Shown here: positions 58,569-64,000 of the stretch, piece by piece
Position numbering within the stretch: the first letter of the stretch is position 1
Layout: the number at the start of each line of letters is the position of its first letter
The notes under the pieces: generated by a model
Database searches by the model: none
What the model was told of the DNA's origin: nothing
What the model saw: only the letters and a program-made list of their open reading frames with translations
Made by a program: the position numbers and the translations under genes
Source: Patescibacteria group bacterium
Lineage (GTDB): Bacteria > Patescibacteriota > Doudnabacteria > UBA920
NCBI GenBank assembly: GCA_036726225.1
Contig: DAIMCS010000003.1
Coordinates: forward strand, 73,769-137,768
Reading direction: 5' to 3'
Length of the DNA: 64,000 nucleotides

Positions 58569-61532
58569 CTATTCAAGGCCTTCATACTCGCAATTATGCT
58601 CTTTTGCGTGATCGTGAGCTTCTTTAAATTTATCATACTTTATAGTTTCAACTATCCTGTGTATGTTTTCCAGCAACCTTACTTTTAATTGCTCCAATTC
58701 CGCGTCGCCGGCAGGTTCCTCCTCCAAAAATTTATTTTCATTTAAATACCAATATTTAAGCGCCGTGACTTTTTCCCCAAAAAACTCCTGCGCTGCCCAT
58801 TGGTACACATATAATTGGTCCAAATTGTCCTTGTCGGTTTTTTTTGGGATTTTTTCACTGGTTTTGTAATCTACTATTTCCAGGCCTTTTGAGGCAGTCA
58901 AGTCAGCGCGGTCAATTTTGCCGGTAAATTTAAACTCGCCTAAAGGCAAGAAAAAAGATTTTTCCAAATACTTTGGCGTGGCGCCGTTTTTTTGCACGAA
59001 GTCATAAAAAACTTTTAGCATCTCGCGGCCTTTTTTTCTGTAATCTTCTTTTTGTTTTTTGTTTTTGTACCATTCGTCAACCCAGTTTTTTTCGTACAGG
59101 TTTTCTAACTGAGCAAAAGTCCCGAACTCGGGTTTGCCTTTTGGCGGGGCAAACAAGTCGCCTTGGGTTTGATTTTGCCTGGCTTGGTAATCTTTTAAAT
59201 ACAACTCAAAAACTTTATGGATCGTCTGGCCAAAACTAAAGAACGCGCTGCCCGGGGAAGGTAACTTTAAGTAATACTGGTATTTGTACTGCAGCGGGCA
59301 GCTTTCAAAAGCTTTAAGCGCGGAAAATGAAAAAGTTGCCGGCAAGGTTTGGTAAACAACTTCAGATTTGGCCGAAGGGCTGAAAAAAACTTTTCCTGTG
59401 GCCTCGGAGGCTGCGGGGGCAGGCACGAGTTTGGTTTCCTGTAAAAACAGGGACGGCTTTTTGGTTTTTGCGCCTCCATAATCTTTTGCCCAGGAAAAAA
59501 ATATATGGCTTTTGGCCCGCGTAACCGCAACATAAAACAGCCTTCTTTCTTCCTGCAAATGGAAATCGCCCTCGGGTAAAATGTCCTTAATTAATTTTTC
59601 CGGAATTTCAATGGCTTCACCTCGTCCGCGGGTGGGAAAACGCTGGTCAACCATATTGGGAATGAAAACATATTCAAATTCCAATCCTTTTGCCGAATGC
59701 ACGGTTAAAACTTTTAGGCTTTCCGGACCTAAATTGGGATCAAATTTAATTTGCCCTTCGTCCCCTGCTTCCATTTCTAAATCCAGCAAATGCAAAAAAT
59801 TATGCAGGCTTTTGTCCGGGCTGTCTGCCACAAAACTTTCGATTTTTTTATAAAATTGTTCCAGCAATTCCCTGTTTTCAGCCGCTTCCAAAGTTTCTTG
59901 GTCCAAAATGTCCTGCAATTTTAAATCCTGAATAATTTGGACAAAGGCTTCATTAGCTGACTTGCTCTGCACAACTTCTGCGTGCTCATTTAACCGTTTA
60001 GCGAGCTTCTCAATTATTTTTTGGCTCTCCTGCCCAATGTTAGGCAAAGTTTTGGCAGCCTGAAGCATTTCATAAAGTGAAAGCGTCTTTCGCTCCGAAC
60101 CGGAAAGCAGTGTAGCCAGGTCTTTGGGAGGCAACTTAAATTCATTAAAACCTAAAACCCTATATAGGGCAAAAGAGTCGTGAAAATTATTTAGGGACCT
60201 TAAATACGCAATAAGGCCTGAAATAAATGGTTTGTTATACAAGCCCGTATTTGCCACAAAAGTATGGGGGATGTTGTTTTGGGCGAGCACCGGAAGCAGA
60301 TCTTTTGCAGCTGAATTGCTGCGCAGCAAAATGGCAAAGTCATTCCAAGTGGACTTAGGCGAGCCCACTTTGAAGCTTAAGATTTTTTTTGCAACTAAAT
60401 TCAATTCTTCGCTAATGTCTTTTCCCTCCAGAACTTCAATTTCAGTTTTTAGGTTGGTTTGGCTTTTTAACTTTTTATCAATTTTTAATTTAACTTCCAA
60501 ACGGTCAGGATTATTGGCTTGAATGAAATTATAGGCCAAATCTAAAATCGGCTGGCCGCTTCTATAGTTTTCGACCAGCGTAACCTGGCTGAATTTTGGG
60601 TAATCTTCCTTAAACTTTAAAATGTTGGAAACAGATGCGCCGCGGAATTTGTAAATAGACTGGTCGTCGTCGCCCACCACTACAAGATTTTGGTCCGAGC
60701 CAGCCATCATTTTAACCAGCTGATATTGCGCATAATTTGTGTCCTGAAATTCGTCCACCAACACAAATTTAAACTGCTTTTGGTAACGCTTTAAAATTTG
60801 CGGTCTGGTTTCAAACAATCTTAAAGTGTAGTTTATTAAGTTGGCAAAGTCTAAAAAGTTACCGTCAAGCAGCAACTTTTCATAAACGTGAAAAGCGTTG
60901 GCAATTTCTTCAATGCGGTCGATTTCGCTCGGGTTAATATCTTCCATGTAGCGTGCCGATTCATCGGCGGATTTGCCCATAAATGGGCGCGCTACATTAT
61001 CGGGGTTGTCCAAGGAAAGTCTCAATTCTTCTGCATATTTTAAGTACTGCTCCGGGGTAATAAGTTCATCCTTACAGCGTGAAAAATGTTTGAGCAAAGA
61101 AGAAATAAACTTTTTTGGGTTGCCTAAAGGCCGGTAGTACTCTAAGTCAAACTTTTCCAAATTGTTATGCACCAAAACCCACGCGCCGGTTTCGTTTAGT
61201 AATTTAAAGTCGCCCGAAAGGCCAATGTCCAGCCCGTGTTGTTCTAAAATTCGTTGGCAAAAGCTGTGGAAAGTGGAAATCCACATATCGTAATAGCCCA
61301 AAGGCAACAATTGTGCCAGCCTGTCCTGCATTTCGCCGGCCGCTTTTTCTGTAAAAGTCAGTGCTAAAATTTCATCGGGCTTGGCCAAACCCTGCTCAAT
61401 TAGGTAAGCAATTCTGCGGGTTATTACTGTAGTTTTGCCTGTGCCGGCGCCGGCCACAATTAAAAGCGGCCCCCCTTGATGCTTTACGGCCGCTAATTGT
61501 TCTTTATTTAAATTTTCTAAGAGATTAGACAT
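58569..61532 (-). CDS. UvrD/PcrA-family helicase fused to a C-terminal PD-(D/E)XK (RecB/Cas4-like) nuclease
   Basis: Walker A AGAGTGKT, helicase motifs (TFT, DEFQDT, VVGDDDQSIYKFRGA, VTRAK); C-terminal CPLQYKY...IDRAD...EIVDYKTS. Confidence 0.85.
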   Translation of the reverse strand: MSNLLENLNKEQLAAVKHQGGPLLIVAGAGTGKTTVITRRIAYLIEQGLAKPDEILALTFTEKAAGEMQDRLAQLLPLGYYDMWISTFHSFCQRILEQHGLDIGLSGDFKLLNETGAWVLVHNNLEKFDLEYYRPLGNPKKFISSLLKHFSRCKDELITPEQYLKYAEELRLSLDNPDNVARPFMGKSADESARYMEDINPSEIDRIEEIANAFHVYEKLLLDGNFLDFANLINYTLRLFETRPQILKRYQKQFKFVLVDEFQDTNYAQYQLVKMMAGSDQNLVVVGDDDQSIYKFRGASVSNILKFKEDYPKFSQVTLVENYRSGQPILDLAYNFIQANNPDRLEVKLKIDKKLKSQTNLKTEIEVLEGKDISEELNLVAKKILSFKVGSPKSTWNDFAILLRSNSAAKDLLPVLAQNNIPHTFVANTGLYNKPFISGLIAYLRSLNNFHDSFALYRVLGFNEFKLPPKDLATLLSGSERKTLSLYEMLQAAKTLPNIGQESQKIIEKLAKRLNEHAEVVQSKSANEAFVQIIQDLKLQDILDQETLEAAENRELLEQFYKKIESFVADSPDKSLHNFLHLLDLEMEAGDEGQIKFDPNLGPESLKVLTVHSAKGLEFEYVFIPNMVDQRFPTRGRGEAIEIPEKLIKDILPEGDFHLQEERRLFYVAVTRAKSHIFFSWAKDYGGAKTKKPSLFLQETKLVPAPAASEATGKVFFSPSAKSEVVYQTLPATFSFSALKAFESCPLQYKYQYYLKLPSPGSAFFSFGQTIHKVFELYLKDYQARQNQTQGDLFAPPKGKPEFGTFAQLENLYEKNWVDEWYKNKKQKEDYRKKGREMLKVFYDFVQKNGATPKYLEKSFFLPLGEFKFTGKIDRADLTASKGLEIVDYKTSEKIPKKTDKDNLDQLYVYQWAAQEFFGEKVTALKYWYLNENKFLEEEPAGDAELEQLKVRLLENIHRIVETIKYDKFKEAHDHAKEHNCEYEGLE

Positions 61533-61975
61533 TACTTACTCCTGACAAAATTGGTAAGTTGCTTCCATAAATCCATACCCTCGTCTTTGTATCTTACCCA
61601 AAACGCCGAAGGGTTAATAATTTTCACATTTTGGAATTCTTCCAAGCGTAAAAGATGGTTATCGTTTGTAACTAAATAATCAGCTTCCGCCTCAACTGCG
61701 CTTTCCAGGATTTTATTATCTTCGGAATCTTCCACTACATTTATTTGCCTTCTGTTTACAACCCAGTTAATTTGCGCAAAAAGGTCGTTTAGCTGGTTTT
61801 GATAGTCATCGCTGTCAATTAATTGAGAAGAGATGAGCTTATTTTCCCTCAAAGTCTGGCGGTTAGCGTAAGCTTCAATCTCGCCGGCTATGACCGCGTC
61901 AATTATCTTTTTTTCGTAAGAGTAGTCGTCTTTAAAGCCATTAATTAAGACATTGGTATCAAGTACTATTTTCAT
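61532..61975 (-). CDS. PIN-domain protein (TIGR00305-type putative toxin)
   Basis: IVLDTNVLI...; TAATG overlap with the helicase start. Confidence 0.75.
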   Translation of the reverse strand: MKIVLDTNVLINGFKDDYSYEKKIIDAVIAGEIEAYANRQTLRENKLISSQLIDSDDYQNQLNDLFAQINWVVNRRQINVVEDSEDNKILESAVEAEADYLVTNDNHLLRLEEFQNVKIINPSAFWVRYKDEGMDLWKQLTNFVRSK

Positions 61976-61995
61976 ATTTAGATTAACACTGACAA

Positions 61996-62460
61996 TTACG
62001 GATTAACACGGAAGGCGGGTTTACGATCGTTAGTGTAGATTGAGCGCTTGATAAATAGCTTTTCACTACTGAAGTTAGCCAAAAACCCCAATTCATATTT
62101 ACTCGCTCTTAAATACGAAAGTTGTTGTTCTACAAACCTTTGTATGGTAAAATCAGTCGCTTTAATTTCCAGAACGATTTTGTCTTCAACCACAAAGTCG
62201 GGTATATAGGTTCCTAACAGTTGGCCTGTATCAAAAGAATGTATGGCAATTCTGGGTTGCTGCAAAAATTTTATTCCGAGCTTTGTAAATTCCTCAGCCA
62301 AAGCTTTTTGGTAAATAATTTCTTTCAGTCCTTTTCCGTATTTATTAGCAACTTCCATTATCGCTCCTCTAACCTGATAACTTAGCTCTGGGTACAATAA
62401 GTCAGTGTTCATCCGTCTGGTTTCCTCCGTGTTAATCTGTTTGCCTTCCTCAGTGTTCAT
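61996..62460 (-). CDS. GxxExxY / PDDEXK_3 family protein
   Basis: YPELSYQVRGAIMEVANKYGKGLKEIIYQKALAEEF...IVLEIKA. Confidence 0.75.
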   Translation of the reverse strand: MNTEEGKQINTEETRRMNTDLLYPELSYQVRGAIMEVANKYGKGLKEIIYQKALAEEFTKLGIKFLQQPRIAIHSFDTGQLLGTYIPDFVVEDKIVLEIKATDFTIQRFVEQQLSYLRASKYELGFLANFSSEKLFIKRSIYTNDRKPAFRVNP

Positions 62461-62979
62461 CTATTTCCTCCCGCCTTTTATTGGCATTAAATATTTCTTT
62501 TTATCTTCGTCTAAGTCTATAAAATTGTCGGTCAATTCTTTTATTTTACTTGAGCAAGAACGTCCAAAGGCAACAGTTTCTGTTAATTGCCCTGACATTT
62601 GTAAAAATTCTAAAAGCGGGACAAAGTCACCGTCACCGGATGCTAAAACAACAACATCTACTTTGTTCATCATTTTTACAATGTCCATTGCAATGCCTAC
62701 ATCCCAATCCCCTTTTTGATGCCCGCCGGCAAAGGTTTGTAAATCTTTCATTTTTACTTCAAAACCTGCTTTGCCCAAAGCATCAAAAAAAGACTGCTCT
62801 TCGGGCATATCTGCCTTAACTACGTAAGCGATGGCGCGAATTAATTTTCTGTTCCCAACTGCCGAATCTAAAACTTCGTTAAATTTTACTCGGGCGTTGT
62901 AAAGGTTTCGCGCAGAATAGTAAAGATTCTGCACGTCCACAAACACACCTACTCTTTGGTCTGGGTTTCTTATTGACAT
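62461..62979 (-). CDS. NYN-domain (LabA-like) putative RNase
   Basis: GVFVDVQNLYYSAR...RAIAYV...VVLASGDGDFVPLL. Confidence 0.75.
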   Translation of the reverse strand: MSIRNPDQRVGVFVDVQNLYYSARNLYNARVKFNEVLDSAVGNRKLIRAIAYVVKADMPEEQSFFDALGKAGFEVKMKDLQTFAGGHQKGDWDVGIAMDIVKMMNKVDVVVLASGDGDFVPLLEFLQMSGQLTETVAFGRSCSSKIKELTDNFIDLDEDKKKYLMPIKGGRK

Positions 62980-62989
62980 AAATTATTTT

Positions 62990-63985
62990 TTAATTTTCTA
63001 AATCAGGCTTTTCCAAGGCCACTGCTTCTATTTGCAGGGCTTCCCCTGTTATTTTTAAAATATCCTTATCAATCTTTTTAAATTCCTTACCGGCCAGGTT
63101 ATATTGGTTCACAGTAGTAGATATAGCGCTGCCAAGTTTGCCATAATATTCTTCGTAAGCTCCCAAATGTTTGCTTAACTGCTCAACGTTTTTAATAATA
63201 TCTTTTGCGGTTTCCTCAATTTTCATTGCCTTAAGCCCCTGAAGCACTGTTTGTAAATAAGCTAAAAACGACGTTGGCGAAACAATAATAACTTTGTATT
63301 TACTTGCGGCGCGCTGAATTAAATTTTCATCTTCCCCTCCAACTCCTCCGACTTTGTTGGTTAAGAGGTCGTAATAAATTGCTTCGTGCGGAATGAACAT
63401 AAAAGCAAAATCCATAGTACCTTCACTCGGGCGAATGTACTTGGAGGTTTCCATTATCCTAAGTTTTAAGTCATTTTCAAAAACTTTTTTTAGCTTTTCC
63501 CGTTCAGCTTCATCCCGAGTTTCCGCCATACGGTTGTAATTTTCCAAAGAAAATTTAGAGTCAATGGGAATAATTTTATCTTTAACAAAAACCGCGGCGT
63601 CTACAATAGTGCCGTCACTAAAACTTTTTTGCATCTCGTAACTGTCGGGCGGCAAAACGTTCTTTAAAAGAGTTTCCAAATAATACTCTCCCAAAACCCC
63701 ACGTTGCTTGGGATTCTTTAAAATATCCTGAAGTTGCCTTAACTGATCGGCAAATGATACAACTTGCTGGTTGGTTTGGTCTAATTTAACCAAACCTTCT
63801 GTAACGTCTTTTATAAGCTTTGACGACTCTGTAAACTGGGTTTTCATAGAGTCGCTCATATGCTTTGTGGTTTCGCTCATTTTTCTGTCTACAACATTTG
63901 AAAGCTCGTTCATTTGGTGGAGCAGAAGTTTCATAGCCTGTTCGTCGGATTCCGGTTTTTCAGATTTCTTTTTAAGGTCAATCAA
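62990..63985 (-). CDS. rmuC: DNA recombination protein RmuC
   Basis: Coiled-coil N-region and RmuC C-domain (DFAFMFIPHEAIYYDLL...VIIVSPTSFLAYLQTV). Confidence 0.8.
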   Translation of the reverse strand: MIDLKKKSEKPESDEQAMKLLLHQMNELSNVVDRKMSETTKHMSDSMKTQFTESSKLIKDVTEGLVKLDQTNQQVVSFADQLRQLQDILKNPKQRGVLGEYYLETLLKNVLPPDSYEMQKSFSDGTIVDAAVFVKDKIIPIDSKFSLENYNRMAETRDEAEREKLKKVFENDLKLRIMETSKYIRPSEGTMDFAFMFIPHEAIYYDLLTNKVGGVGGEDENLIQRAASKYKVIIVSPTSFLAYLQTVLQGLKAMKIEETAKDIIKNVEQLSKHLGAYEEYYGKLGSAISTTVNQYNLAGKEFKKIDKDILKITGEALQIEAVALEKPDLEN

Positions 63986-64000
63986 AAAATAAAAAAGCGC

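Overview
This 64 kb window is a gene-dense, low-GC (about 40%) bacterial chromosome segment with short intergenic regions and many overlapping stop/start junctions. The gene content (two GxxExxY/PDDEXK_3 proteins, a four-helix-bundle TIGR02436-like gene, an archaeal-type UMP kinase, a PIN/NYN/RmuC/UvrD-nuclease operon and numerous tiny hypothetical ORFs) looks to me like a CPR/Patescibacteria-type genome; that is inference from gene content only. Recognisable housekeeping genes: aspS (3-prime part), scpA/scpB, tRNA-Glu(CUC), rplL/rplJ, map, two tandem adenylate-kinase paralogs, cysS, dnaB, recR, rplU, pyrH, an ftsQ-like gene, serS, lysS, greA, gyrB, pheS, dus, lexA and rmuC. Accessory content: (i) a carbohydrate locus (ROK kinase, membrane-anchored GH-A hydrolase, GH1 beta-glucosidase, and a minus-strand operon glgA - three paralogous membrane-anchored surface proteins - GH57 - glgP, followed by a 744-aa secreted protein with an internal 726-bp tandem duplication); (ii) a cell-envelope glycosylation cluster (WecA/MraY-family transferase, GT2, two GT39/ArnT-like proteins); (iii) a tightly coupled five-gene minus-strand operon RmuC - NYN RNase - GxxExxY - PIN - UvrD-helicase/Cas4-like nuclease, which I flag as a candidate undescribed defence or nucleic-acid-surveillance module. 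Notable mobile or repeat biology: a four-helix-bundle (Avd/IVS-protein-like) gene bracketed by 30-nt inverted repeats sits exactly between dnaB and recR, and a cargo-less 81-bp copy of the same repeat pair is inserted in-frame inside gyrB. A dispersed family of GC-rich structured repeats occupies many intergenic regions and 5-prime UTRs. Several GC-rich islets (about 48-55% GC) carry small hypothetical genes with strong Shine-Dalgarno sites and their own terminators. One of these islets is bracketed by a roughly 20-bp duplication of the 3-prime end of map. No CRISPR array and no rRNA gene were seen; one tRNA was found.
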